A stretch of DNA of 64,000 nucleotides from an uncultured virus (IMG/VR IMGVR_UViG_3300033146_001398) (lineage: Duplodnaviria > Heunggongvirae > Uroviricota > Caudoviricetes): IMG/VR virus record IMGVR_UViG_3300033146_001398; one strand, 5' to 3'. Below, piece after piece: positions 19,319 to 28,343 of this stretch. The notes under the pieces are model-generated. The model was not told where the DNA came from. It saw only the letters and a list, made by a program, of their open reading frames with translations, and did not search any database. A program made the translations under genes and the position numbers. Within the stretch, counting starts at the first letter, position 1. Every line of letters starts with the position of its first letter.

Positions 19319-20956
19319 TTAAAAATAATCATTTTTTCTGTTATTTCTACTTTGTTTTTTAAAATAACTTAATTTTTGACTAAGTGTCATTCCTGTGTTT
19401 TTGTTAATATTCTTCATTAACTTATCCTCGCTGGTCCTAGTAGTGTGAGTATCTGTTTTAAACAAGTTATGTTTAGATTTAATTAATGCCATCGCGTCAG
19501 CCCACAATATATCAGAGTGTCCGTCCTTTCCACCAGTAGGAACGTTAAAACTGTAATCAATAGAATTTATGTGTTTAGTTTGGAGACTGTCAGGTAGTAA
19601 GAACACTTGCCCGTCTTCCATCATTCTTCTCAGATTTGTTACCATTACCTTACGGATTGGCGCACTATCTTTATTAACACCAATCTTTATTGAAGACGCA
19701 AAATTAATCCCAACAATAAGCGAGCCGTGCTTTTTCTTAAGATACCCGACGAGTCCAGTACCTAAACCAGTCTCGTCAACTCGAACTGAAACTACATTAG
19801 GGAACATGTGTATCAATTCGTTCATATACTCTTCTAACTCAGGAATTCTCTTGCCGTTAAAATAATGCAAGTACCGTTGTAAGTAGAACGTTCCTTTCTC
19901 TGTGGTCACTTCTTCAAATACACTAGCAGCAAATAAATCTGTCTTTTCTGCAACATCACACGCGATGTATATTGGATTATCAGTTTCGTTGTAAATGTAA
20001 CCGGCGTCACGTTCAATAAAATCTTTAACATTAAACAATTTATCTCTAATGCAACGTTGAATGCAAGCGTATGATATAAAGGATAAAGAATCGTCGAGAA
20101 AGTCACACTGTTGTTCTTGCATAAATACATTAATGTCTGCGCGTCTCTTAACTTCTAGCTTCTTTAATACAATCCAAGGAGCAACTGACACCAATTCAGG
20201 TTGTTTTAATATTGATTTTGCTCTATCAAATTTAGTAGGGTCGAACACTGGGGTCTCCATCAAATAGAAACCAATCTCTTTTCCTTCTATCCTGGTTCTC
20301 TCAACTAATTCGAAGAACATGTTCTGTCTCCCGCAAGGAGTTGATGCTATCATAAACGCTCCCTGGCCACTCTGCATACAATTTTCAGCAGCGGCCCACA
20401 ATTTCTTATCATTTTGTTGAAACGCGAACTCATCTATTATGCCTCGCAATAATCTACGACCTCTTATTGCGTCACCTGCAGATGAACTCGGGTAAACTTT
20501 AATCACTGACCCAGTAGATTTAAACCTAATTATAGAACCTTTTTCACTAAATTCAGCATCTTCTCTAAGCTCTTTTATATTACAGTTTTTTATGAGCCAT
20601 TTAGCAACGTCCAACGAATCTAGACCTCCTCTCTCATCTTGCGAGATTATGGGAACTATTTGATTATTAAACATAGTTGCAGTCATTATTAGTTCTATTA
20701 AACTCGAATATGTAAAAGAAATACCCCTTGCTTTAATTTGTAAAATATGAAGAGCGTCGCCCCTAAGAACATTAAAAGATTGACTATGAAATTCTATTTG
20801 GTATGGCGTCATTATATACGGTATTGGCTCCATATAAACATCAGCCATATTAAATGATTGCTGAAGAAACTTACAATAATTAGACTGGTTCTTTGAAAGT
20901 TTTGAAATATCAAACTTATACCAAGACTTTACTGTTTTTAATTCAATTTTTTCCAC
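19319..20956 (-). CDS. terL: Terminase large subunit
   Basis: PYQ, KARGISFT (Walker A), IIDEFAF (Walker B), ASTP; RNase H-like IACDVA..D, VDETGLG, HSDILWA; GTG start. Confidence 0.95.
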   Translation of the reverse strand: MEKIELKTVKSWYKFDISKLSKNQSNYCKFLQQSFNMADVYMEPIPYIMTPYQIEFHSQSFNVLRGDALHILQIKARGISFTYSSLIELIMTATMFNNQIVPIISQDERGGLDSLDVAKWLIKNCNIKELREDAEFSEKGSIIRFKSTGSVIKVYPSSSAGDAIRGRRLLRGIIDEFAFQQNDKKLWAAAENCMQSGQGAFMIASTPCGRQNMFFELVERTRIEGKEIGFYLMETPVFDPTKFDRAKSILKQPELVSVAPWIVLKKLEVKRRADINVFMQEQQCDFLDDSLSFISYACIQRCIRDKLFNVKDFIERDAGYIYNETDNPIYIACDVAEKTDLFAASVFEEVTTEKGTFYLQRYLHYFNGKRIPELEEYMNELIHMFPNVVSVRVDETGLGTGLVGYLKKKHGSLIVGINFASSIKIGVNKDSAPIRKVMVTNLRRMMEDGQVFLLPDSLQTKHINSIDYSFNVPTGGKDGHSDILWADAMALIKSKHNLFKTDTHTTRTSEDKLMKNINKNTGMTLSQKLSYFKKQSRNNRKNDYF

Positions 20957-20958
20957 AG

Positions 20959-21801
20959 CTATTGTACCTCAGCCAGCATATTCACACACTCAACAAAACT
21001 CTCTTTGTCTGTTAATAAAATTAAATCATTTTGTTTATAGCCATTGTTATCTAATAACAATCTACGTCTAGTATAGTACTCAACACTTGTTTCAGAACTT
21101 CGCCATGTTTCTGGATGTATTTCTACAAAAATATTTCCTATTTTAAAATCTATTCGTTTTAGTCCTATATGAAATTCAGAAACAAAATTAACATTATTTG
21201 CTATTAACAATCTAACAAAATCACTTTCATACAATGACGCGTATTGTACCCCAGCAACTTTATTTTTAGGATTATTTGTTAATGACGCTTTTCTACAACG
21301 TTCAGCAGACTTAGCTTTATTTTCTTTCGACCACCAGCCAATTTCAGTTTTAACTTGTAATTCTACACCTTTTTTTCTTTGCTCTGTTGTAAAACACTCT
21401 TTACCTTGTTCTCTCCATTGTTTTTGACACGCGGTTCCGCCTTTTTTTGCTAAAATAGTTTGCGAGACAGAATTATAAAAACCTAATTTATTTTTTTTAG
21501 AATATTGTATATAACATGAGTGAGAACAAAATTTATGATGTCGAATTTTTTTACCGCACCCATAACAATTATATAGTATTATAGGATTTTTTTTAATCCA
21601 TTGTGCAGAACTTCTTGCTGACAACGCCTTTTGTATTTTAGAATTATAAAAACCTAATTTATTTTTTTTAGAATGTATTTTATAACATTGCATTGAACAA
21701 TATTTTGTATTGCTTGTTTTAGCTGCACATTCAACACACGTATTAGTTTTAGTGTTCTTGCGCAATCCTTTATTCCATGGTATACCGCCTTTAATTACCA
21801 T
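20959..21801 (-). CDS. Putative homing endonuclease (PD-(D/E)XK/DUF559-like) with duplicated Zn-binding unit
   Basis: PWNKGL; two CxxC..CSxxCY..SKKNKLGFYNS units (35-bp exact repeat 21469..21503 / 21640..21674); RIDFKIGNIFVEIHP. Confidence 0.7.
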   Translation of the reverse strand: MVIKGGIPWNKGLRKNTKTNTCVECAAKTSNTKYCSMQCYKIHSKKNKLGFYNSKIQKALSARSSAQWIKKNPIILYNCYGCGKKIRHHKFCSHSCYIQYSKKNKLGFYNSVSQTILAKKGGTACQKQWREQGKECFTTEQRKKGVELQVKTEIGWWSKENKAKSAERCRKASLTNNPKNKVAGVQYASLYESDFVRLLIANNVNFVSEFHIGLKRIDFKIGNIFVEIHPETWRSSETSVEYYTRRRLLLDNNGYKQNDLILLTDKESFVECVNMLAEVQ

Positions 21802-22061
21802 TATTTTTGTACATTCAACTCGTATCCAGACTCTTTTTCCATTACCGCGTACTTACCATTCATAGCAATAAAAAAAACGTTGCCTTTGTACTCTTCTCTT
21901 TTTAGTTCGTCGTTTAATTCGATTTCGCAAGAATCTATGCCAGTGCTCACTAAGTAATAAGTGTCTACAATCTGCTTAAGTTTAGCAAAAAATAATTGTC
22001 CGACTAGCACACCAGCTTTTTTAGTATCTATAAGTTCGTTAAAATATACCTTTACCTTCAT
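21801..22061 (-). CDS. Hypothetical protein
   Basis: 86-aa ORF with GGGTG SD. Confidence 0.55.
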   Translation of the reverse strand: MKVKVYFNELIDTKKAGVLVGQLFFAKLKQIVDTYYLVSTGIDSCEIELNDELKREEYKGNVFFIAMNGKYAVMEKESGYELNVQK

Positions 22062-22216
22062 TTTTTATAATACACCCTTTTAAATATTTTTTTATTCGTT
22101 ACAATAAAATGCGGAGAACAATACAAAATTAACTCCTCTACAGTTGTCGTTACTAAACAACCTTTTTTAACTATAAATTTAATTTGTTCTTCAGTGAGCT
22201 GTATATCACTTGTCAA

Positions 22217-22366
22217 TTAATTCGAAGACTCCTTAAGTTCTTTAATTTTGTCTCTCAATATCTTAGTTAAAGAGTATCTGTTATCTTTTAACCACTTAAA
22301 GTCGACTTCGTCAACGTAGAAACTTCTCTGTATCTGCGGGTTTAGGTTCGTTTTTGCTCTAGCCAT
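22217..22366 (-). CDS. Ribbon-helix-helix-like regulator (49 aa)
   Basis: QRSFYVDEVDFKWLKDNRYSLTKILRDKI; not in track; TATA motif 22395..22412 upstream. Confidence 0.65.
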   Translation of the reverse strand: MARAKTNLNPQIQRSFYVDEVDFKWLKDNRYSLTKILRDKIKELKESSN

Positions 22367-22507
22367 TTTAGTTATTAGTATTGTTTATATTGTACTATTT
22401 ATATATTTTTTCTTTTTTAAATATAAATGTGCAGACACTCCCAATCTGCGTGTATGCGTTTTCTTCCAACTGAATGGCATTCAAAGCGTTTCGACGAACT
22501 ATAAAAA

Positions 22508-22641
22508 GCAAAGAGTGGGATTCGAACCCACACAACCCGTCCGAGCCTCACGTTAACAAGCTTCGGTTTTACGCATTGTATTCAGCCATTTAATAGACGA
22601 CTACGCTAACGTTGTATCCCCGTCGTCTATCCATTCTTTGC
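22508..22641 (-). ncRNA. tRNA-like RNA (134 nt): canonical acceptor and T arms, two extended internal arms
   Basis: GCAAAGA/TCTTTGC 7-bp stem; GTGGG-TTCGAAT-CCCAC; ATAGACGAC/GTCGTCTAT 9-bp arm; followed by TTTTT. Confidence 0.6.
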
Positions 22642-22689
22642 ATTGAGCTCCTGCTACCTCGCAAGCTCTGGTAGTTCTCATTTTATCCT

Positions 22690-23136
22690 CTAAACCCCTT
22701 TCTTCAGGGTTATGTGCGTTAATAACAATAAAGATAATTCATATTTATCTCTTCTAGCACCTAGCGGATGGTCTCGTAAATTATCTTTTAAGTCTGCTAT
22801 CTTAATTTTTCTAGCCAAGTTTGTAATGATATTATCACATTCTAACAAATATCTTATGTAATCACAATAAGACATGAAATCCTTTTTAGTTAACATTGCA
22901 ACAGCAATTTGAATATCAATTGTTACGAACTCTTCTTTTCTTAATTCTTCTTCTGTAACATCTGTGTCTTCTACAACATCATGTAAAACTGCAGTTATTT
23001 TTTCTTCCCAAGTATCTAAGGAATCAGCAACACGCAATGGATGAGTTATGTAAGCATCACCATTGCTACGCTTTTGTCCAGCATGAGCTTTAGTTGCAAA
23101 CTCTACAGCTGCCTTATAATCTTTTTCTGTGTTCAT
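22690..23136 (-). CDS. HD-domain hydrolase, RelA/SpoT hydrolase (Mesh1-like) family
   Basis: AHAGQKR..G..YITHP..VA, AVLHDVVEDT, LTK, IKIADLKDNL; likely start MNTEK. Confidence 0.9.
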   Translation of the reverse strand: MNTEKDYKAAVEFATKAHAGQKRSNGDAYITHPLRVADSLDTWEEKITAVLHDVVEDTDVTEEELRKEEFVTIDIQIAVAMLTKKDFMSYCDYIRYLLECDNIITNLARKIKIADLKDNLRDHPLGARRDKYELSLLLLTHITLKKGV

Positions 23137-23364
23137 TTTAAATATAAATAAAGGTTGACCAAACCTTAAGGGGTAATACACGATGAAAAACGAGGTTAAT
23201 AACTCCTCTTTTGACGGTCTATCAAAAATCCAGTGCCAGCGCCCAACTTAGGTAACCTCTTGGATAATTGGTTGCGACTACAAATCAAGACTTATTTTTA
23301 ACCTCTGCAGGCGGAGTTGCACCTCTCATGAACTGCTTGACTTGTGACATTTCTGGTTTGATTA

Positions 23365-23481
23365 TTAATTATGCGGATGTTCCATCCTCCGTGATATTTC
23401 CATTGAACAATCAATACATATTCTAGTGATTGGGTCCCACTCTTCTTTGGGTACATCGTTCTTACATAAATGACATTCCAT
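23365..23481 (-). CDS. Zn-finger microprotein (38 aa)
   Basis: MECHLCKNDVPKEEWDPITRICIDCSMEISRRMEHPHN. Confidence 0.55.
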   Translation of the reverse strand: MECHLCKNDVPKEEWDPITRICIDCSMEISRRMEHPHN

Positions 23482-23544
23482 GATTATAAAAAGCAGGGCG
23501 ACCGTGAGGATTAAGCGCTGCCAATACCTCTTGTCGTTGCCTCT

Positions 23545-23784
23545 TTAAGCTTTAGGTTCTTCTTTAACTTCAGCTACAGGTTCTTCTTTAACTTCTACTG
23601 TTGCGTCAGCTTTAGGTTCGTTACTTATTTCAGCTCTTCGATTAATTTCACTCACGAGTACATTTAAGTTTCCTTGTTGAATTCTAATTGTTTCGTTAGC
23701 TTGACTAATAAGCCCTATTGTTTGCGTGTGCATCTTATGTAACTCTAATTCAGTAAAGTCTTGTACATTTTTGTTTTGTTCCAT
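23545..23784 (-). CDS. Hypothetical coiled-coil protein
   Basis: TATA motif 23807..23824 upstream; EVKEEP repeated. Confidence 0.65.
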   Translation of the reverse strand: MEQNKNVQDFTELELHKMHTQTIGLISQANETIRIQQGNLNVLVSEINRRAEISNEPKADATVEVKEEPVAEVKEEPKA

Positions 23785-23810
23785 TTTTAAATTTTTATTT
23801 TTAATACTAT

Positions 23811-24032
23811 TTATATATTTTTTCTTTTTAGTAACAAAGCACGATTCACCTTTATAGACCGAGTAACCATAGCTTCAGCTTCGTCATTCGAAATAACTTT
23901 ATACCCAGCTGCATTAGTGACACCTTTTCTTATAGCGTACCCGTCACAGCGGGTACATTTAAACAGACCGAATTTTTCGGCTACTAAAGATTTACCGCAA
24001 CCAGCAGGACACCAATGAGTATATCCTTTCAT
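23811..24032 (-). CDS. Zn-ribbon protein
   Basis: WCPAGCGK...FKCTRC. Confidence 0.6.
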   Translation of the reverse strand: MKGYTHWCPAGCGKSLVAEKFGLFKCTRCDGYAIRKGVTNAAGYKVISNDEAEAMVTRSIKVNRALLLKRKNI

Positions 24033-24718
24033 TTAGCATCAGTGTCGGTAACGTCAATTATAGTTTCCATGACTTCCTTAATACTCAACCCACCTGAGAT
24101 GTTTATGTTCGTATCTTGTTTATTTAGTTTACTATCGAGAAACTGTAGTGTTCGCAATTTAGCCTCTTCGTATTCTTTTTGTGCTTTAAGTAAGGGACTT
24201 ATCTCTTCATATGGATTATCATTACGATCGTACCTTGTAATAGTAGTACCATCGTACCCGATGTCTCGACGGAGTCTAAAGACAATTAAATGTAAGTTCA
24301 AAATTATTTTGATTGCTTCAATAAAGATAGGGTCATCTTTAGATGAATCATATCGATTTAAGAAGAAAGTAATCATCTGATCGATTTCAGCTCGTTCGTG
24401 AGGGCATGAGATTTCATTCTCAATGCAATATTGTGCAGCAGCCTTAGTTCCATTATCTAAAGCAGTATCGAGCCTCATGTCGACTGTTAGAGGGTCATCT
24501 AGTCCTTGGTCCTTCAAAAGTATTCGTTCGCGTGTTGCGTACTCCAAACGAAACGCATCGTAAACTTCACGCTGACAACTGCAAACTTTATTATGAGTCG
24601 CTGTACAAGGACTCAAGACGGCGTTAGACAATATTGATTTAACATCTGTTTTTACAGTGATGTCGCGAGTCTTTTGAGCTTCCAAGACATCTCGCAATTC
24701 TTTACATATAATTTCCAT
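24029..24718 (-). CDS. Putative terminase small subunit
   Basis: First gene of leftward block; ISPLLK helix and DTNINISGGLSI C-terminal strand typical of TerS; Cys-rich N-terminus. Confidence 0.5.
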   Translation of the reverse strand: MEIICKELRDVLEAQKTRDITVKTDVKSILSNAVLSPCTATHNKVCSCQREVYDAFRLEYATRERILLKDQGLDDPLTVDMRLDTALDNGTKAAAQYCIENEISCPHERAEIDQMITFFLNRYDSSKDDPIFIEAIKIILNLHLIVFRLRRDIGYDGTTITRYDRNDNPYEEISPLLKAQKEYEEAKLRTLQFLDSKLNKQDTNINISGGLSIKEVMETIIDVTDTDAK

Positions 24719-24736
24719 AATTTATTTAGATTTGTA

Positions 24737-24754
24737 CTATTTATATATTTTTTC
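24737..24754 (-). promoter_or_regulatory. Archaeal-type BRE-TATA promoter GAAAAAATATATAAATAG
   Basis: Exact 18-mer on minus strand at 8232, 22395, 23807, 24737 and on plus strand at 25272, 35378; always upstream of a start. Confidence 0.8.
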
Positions 24755-24759
24755 AAAAC

Positions 24760-25270
24760 GCACGAAAACGCAAGAAAAAAAATTTTGCATAGATGTGACA
24801 GGGAAGAAATTCAAAGAGGAAAAAGAGTTACTAAATATAATATAATAATAAAATATAATATTTTACTTAATATATCTAATATATACCTTTTCTTTTATAA
24901 ACTAACTAATAGTAATCGTTTTGCTAAAAATTTTGGGACGTTTTTTGGGGCAGTGTTACGACTTTTGTTACTTTTCGAAAACATGTCGTCAAACCCTTAA
25001 AAAGCAGTTTTTCGGCAAAGTTACGCTTCAAAAAAATATTTTTGTAACGCGCGTTACGCTTCGAGCCCAAAAAAACGATTAAAGACCTCTCTATTAAGAA
25101 TACTTGCTCGACACGCTCTCTCGAGTTCGAAAAAAGACTCGTAACGCTTTCAGTTTTGAAACTGTTACAAAGCAGCCAAAAACTATTACTTTGCACTTTG
25201 TTTATAAACGAATTCGTAAGGGTATTTTTATGTTCTTGCTCAAATAGCCACTACTTTATGACGTCTAAAA
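24760..25270. other. Non-coding divergence region: candidate replication origin and/or packaging site
   Basis: Between divergent promoters; AT-rich tract 24830..24915; repeated GTTAC/GTAAC; palindrome GTAACGCGCGTTAC 25044..25057. Confidence 0.55.
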
Positions 25271-25271
25271 A

Positions 25272-25289
25272 GAAAAAATATATAAATAG
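25272..25289 (+). promoter_or_regulatory. BRE-TATA promoter of replication operon
   Basis: GAAAAAATATATAAATAG. Confidence 0.8.
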
Positions 25290-25344
25290 CACGACAAAAA
25301 GAGTAAATATCACTTAGTACAATCAAAAAAATCGACTATTAACA

Positions 25345-25560
25345 ATGGACCAAAAAAAAGAAACTTCTTTTAAGAAGTATAAAATAATTTACAAACCTTT
25401 GAATGAGAAAGCTATATATTTCTTTACAGATTCTTATGAAATAGTAGATAATAATGCATCGATCAAATTCTTTTACGACAGACATAATGAGTTTAAAGTA
25501 TTTCCATATGTTTTGTGCCAAGTAAAAGTACTTGATAATAGTGGGGAGGATTTAAGTTGA
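25345..25560 (+). CDS. Hypothetical protein
   Basis: 71-aa ORF overlapping the MCM start. Confidence 0.6.
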   Translation: MDQKKETSFKKYKIIYKPLNEKAIYFFTDSYEIVDNNASIKFFYDRHNEFKVFPYVLCQVKVLDNSGEDLS

Positions 25561-27836
25561 CTGGTTCTGGTTCGCGATTTTCTAGTAACATAAGTACGCA
25601 ATTAGATAAAAAGATAAAACAAATAGTTAATGGATATTATAAGAAGAACTGTTCTCTTTACATCGATATCTCTGAGAATTTAGGAGAGATATTATTAAAT
25701 AACAAATGGAAGTTTGATACTGTATTTAAAACTCGAACGATTCAAAAGAAATTATTAGATAGCGGACATCGTATTGAGACATTTAAAAAGTTTAATCGTA
25801 TACCATCAGATATTACAGAATTTCCTGCTGACTTTATAGCATTAATAAAAGAAGCTAAAGAAGAAGCGCTGAACAAACAGGCTGAAGGTTTGGAAACTGA
25901 GTTATTTGAGTTTAAATCTTGTGACTTGGCAGTTACTCCTGATGGTTCTGACGGTATAAAACCTAAGAGTATTTTTGATGTCTTTTCGTACTACACTAAT
26001 TTAGTAGTTGATAATGATATTAAATATGTTTATAATAATAAAGTTGACGTGATGAAAACTGTGAACGATTTAAATATTTATAAGATTAAATTAAAAGTTG
26101 AGGCTGCTGTAGGTCAAGCCGTGATACCTTTACATTATAAAGGATATTGTCATAAGAAAGATAAGTTTGGTGGAATCTGCGGTAATGAAATATTAGTTGG
26201 ACATCATCAATTAGCGACTACTATTAAATGTAATGTCTCCGCTAAAGATAAACCAGATGCTGAGTCCCATACAGTCAACGTGAGTAAGCTAGAACCTATA
26301 TATAGAATGTATTACATATATTTATGTACTTATAAAAATGATACCGGTAAAGAAATCGAGCACACTTTCTACAGCATGTATCCTATTGAAGATGCTATAG
26401 TGAATGCGAATTGTATAAATTGTTCGTTTGGTTCTAGTGCTACTAAATCTAGTTACACTGTGATTTTATCTACAGTAAAGTCTGAGTCAGATTTAATAAC
26501 TATTAAGAAGAATATAATAGACACTGAGACTCACACTAGAAGTTATCTACATTCTATTTTTAAAAATATTCAAACTTATTACAAGAAATACCATGGTATT
26601 GAGATGACTAATAAGAATCGTTATATTGCTTTCGTAATATTAACTCAACTAATTAATAATAAATATAATGACCATATACAGAACGCACAAATATGGGGTA
26701 GTTCGGGAAGTGGTAAATCTTATTACGCTGTTATGCTCCCGCATCTGTTCACGCCTAAGACTGGATATTATAATGGTATGACTATATCTCGTGTTGGATT
26801 TATAGGTGGTCAAGACTCTGTGAATGGCGTGAAAATATTTAGAAGTGGTGCAATAAGTAAAGATGATTTGAGTATTGTTGAAGAAGGTGCGAGACCGTTA
26901 GATGGGTATCATGACCCTAGTAATATGAGAAGTTTTAATATTTATGAGTCTATAAAAACTTTGAATCCTGATATGCCGATTGATATTGGTATTCAAGGTA
27001 GTAAACCCGTAGATTGGCGGAGTAGTTTAATATTTATAGGTAATATGGAAGGTTTAGAATCGACTAAGAATTATAAAAGTTTAGTTAGAAGAGAATATAA
27101 GAAGTTAAGTGGTGGTAAGAAGTTTAATAATAATTTGCCTGTCTTTGCTAATATGAAATATTATAAAGATAACTCTGAAGCTTTGGCTCGAGCTCATAAG
27201 TTAGTTAGAGACGATATTTTAGGCGACGTTAATTTCTTAACTAGATTACCGAGTGCTGAGCAGAGTAGGTTCGATTTTTGTGTGTATTTAATACCAGATA
27301 ATAAAAATATAAAACACGCGCTACCGTCTAACACTAAGAACATGTTAGTACACCGTGCTAATTTTATTAAAGAGTTAGACGATATATTTAGATATGATGA
27401 AAAGCTTAAACCGTCTGTTACGCTTATAGACAGCGTTCACGAATATTTAACTACAGAGTACTCGAAACAGAATAATAATTATGATTTAAAGAATTCGACT
27501 CAACATGTGTATAATAGAGTATTTTATAACGCGCTGTATCATACGTTTAATGGTAGAGTTTATTTTAACGCTGAGTTAGAGTGTGCTTTAAACGAAGACG
27601 AGAAATTAGAAATTTCTACTTGGTTAAGATATAATTATAATTTATTAGATACGGCTGAAGCTTCTTATTTAGCGAGACCTGAGTTTAATAATACAGATGT
27701 TATAGTAGAGAATATTGAAGAGTTAAAAGAGATTAGCAGTGATAAAGTTAGCAAGTATTATAGTGATAAAAGAAAAGAAGAGTTTAAAAGCGGCTTGATG
27801 CCTGAAGATAGTATTTTTGATGGAGAAAAAAATTGA
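25557..27836 (+). CDS. mcm: MCM-family replicative helicase
   Basis: Cys-rich Zn region; GSSGSGKS; ISRVGFIGG; SGAI...IVEEG (Walker B variant); FIGN; SRFD arginine finger; TTG start with GGAGG SD. Confidence 0.88.
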   Translation: MTGSGSRFSSNISTQLDKKIKQIVNGYYKKNCSLYIDISENLGEILLNNKWKFDTVFKTRTIQKKLLDSGHRIETFKKFNRIPSDITEFPADFIALIKEAKEEALNKQAEGLETELFEFKSCDLAVTPDGSDGIKPKSIFDVFSYYTNLVVDNDIKYVYNNKVDVMKTVNDLNIYKIKLKVEAAVGQAVIPLHYKGYCHKKDKFGGICGNEILVGHHQLATTIKCNVSAKDKPDAESHTVNVSKLEPIYRMYYIYLCTYKNDTGKEIEHTFYSMYPIEDAIVNANCINCSFGSSATKSSYTVILSTVKSESDLITIKKNIIDTETHTRSYLHSIFKNIQTYYKKYHGIEMTNKNRYIAFVILTQLINNKYNDHIQNAQIWGSSGSGKSYYAVMLPHLFTPKTGYYNGMTISRVGFIGGQDSVNGVKIFRSGAISKDDLSIVEEGARPLDGYHDPSNMRSFNIYESIKTLNPDMPIDIGIQGSKPVDWRSSLIFIGNMEGLESTKNYKSLVRREYKKLSGGKKFNNNLPVFANMKYYKDNSEALARAHKLVRDDILGDVNFLTRLPSAEQSRFDFCVYLIPDNKNIKHALPSNTKNMLVHRANFIKELDDIFRYDEKLKPSVTLIDSVHEYLTTEYSKQNNNYDLKNSTQHVYNRVFYNALYHTFNGRVYFNAELECALNEDEKLEISTWLRYNYNLLDTAEASYLARPEFNNTDVIVENIEELKEISSDKVSKYYSDKRKEEFKSGLMPEDSIFDGEKN

Positions 27837-28218
27837 AAGAATTGAATGAATTAGTGGGGGATTTACAGGAACTCTTTTATCCACTCTCTGTAAAAGATGA
27901 AAAAGACGGGTATACTATTGTTACTGTGATAGATGATAAAACAGTCGGTGTGACGTTGGCGCACAATATTGGACGCGCGTTACTTCGTTATAGTACAAAA
28001 GATAGAAATAGTGTTGTAAATAATATTAAAAAGAATATTAGTTATAGTATTAAAAGAAAAGTGTTATATGATTTTTTAAATTCAAGTAAAGAAGATAACG
28101 GCGAGCAGTATATTGTAGAAATGGCATGTCCTGAAGATAAAAATATTATTGTAATGCACCCAAAGAATTACGCAGAATATTTGAGAGAAAAAAATTGAAA
28201 GAATTGAATGAATTAGTG
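27823..28218. repeat. 34-bp perfect direct repeat flanking ORF 27833..28198
   Basis: gagaaaaaaattgaaagaattgaatgaattagtg at 27823..27856 and 28185..28218. Confidence 0.95.
27833..28198 (+). CDS. Hypothetical protein
   Basis: 121-aa ORF, TTG start overlapping MCM stop. Confidence 0.65.
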   Translation: MKELNELVGDLQELFYPLSVKDEKDGYTIVTVIDDKTVGVTLAHNIGRALLRYSTKDRNSVVNNIKKNISYSIKRKVLYDFLNSSKEDNGEQYIVEMACPEDKNIIVMHPKNYAEYLREKN

Positions 28219-28341
28219 AAACTAAGTAGAGAAACTAATAAATTATTAAAAAAGTCGAATAGAATTATAACTATAACAAACGTAGTAAATATATTTACTA
28301 TTATTGTAGTAGTATTTGCTGTAATAATAAGTAAGATATAA
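28195..28341 (+). CDS. Small membrane-anchored protein (48 aa)
   Basis: MKELNELVK...IFTIIVVVFAVIISKI; starts in second repeat copy. Confidence 0.5.
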   Translation: MKELNELVKLSRETNKLLKKSNRIITITNVVNIFTIIVVVFAVIISKI

Positions 28342-28343
28342 AA

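Noticed and set aside
23300..23360. Second tRNA (GGTGCAACTCC T-loop-like on minus strand)
   Set aside because: T stem only 2 bp and no acceptor stem found
24674..25521. Track ORFs 24674..25000 (+), 24924..25196 (-), 25339..25521 (-)
   Set aside because: Overlap promoters, repeats or real genes; low-complexity translations
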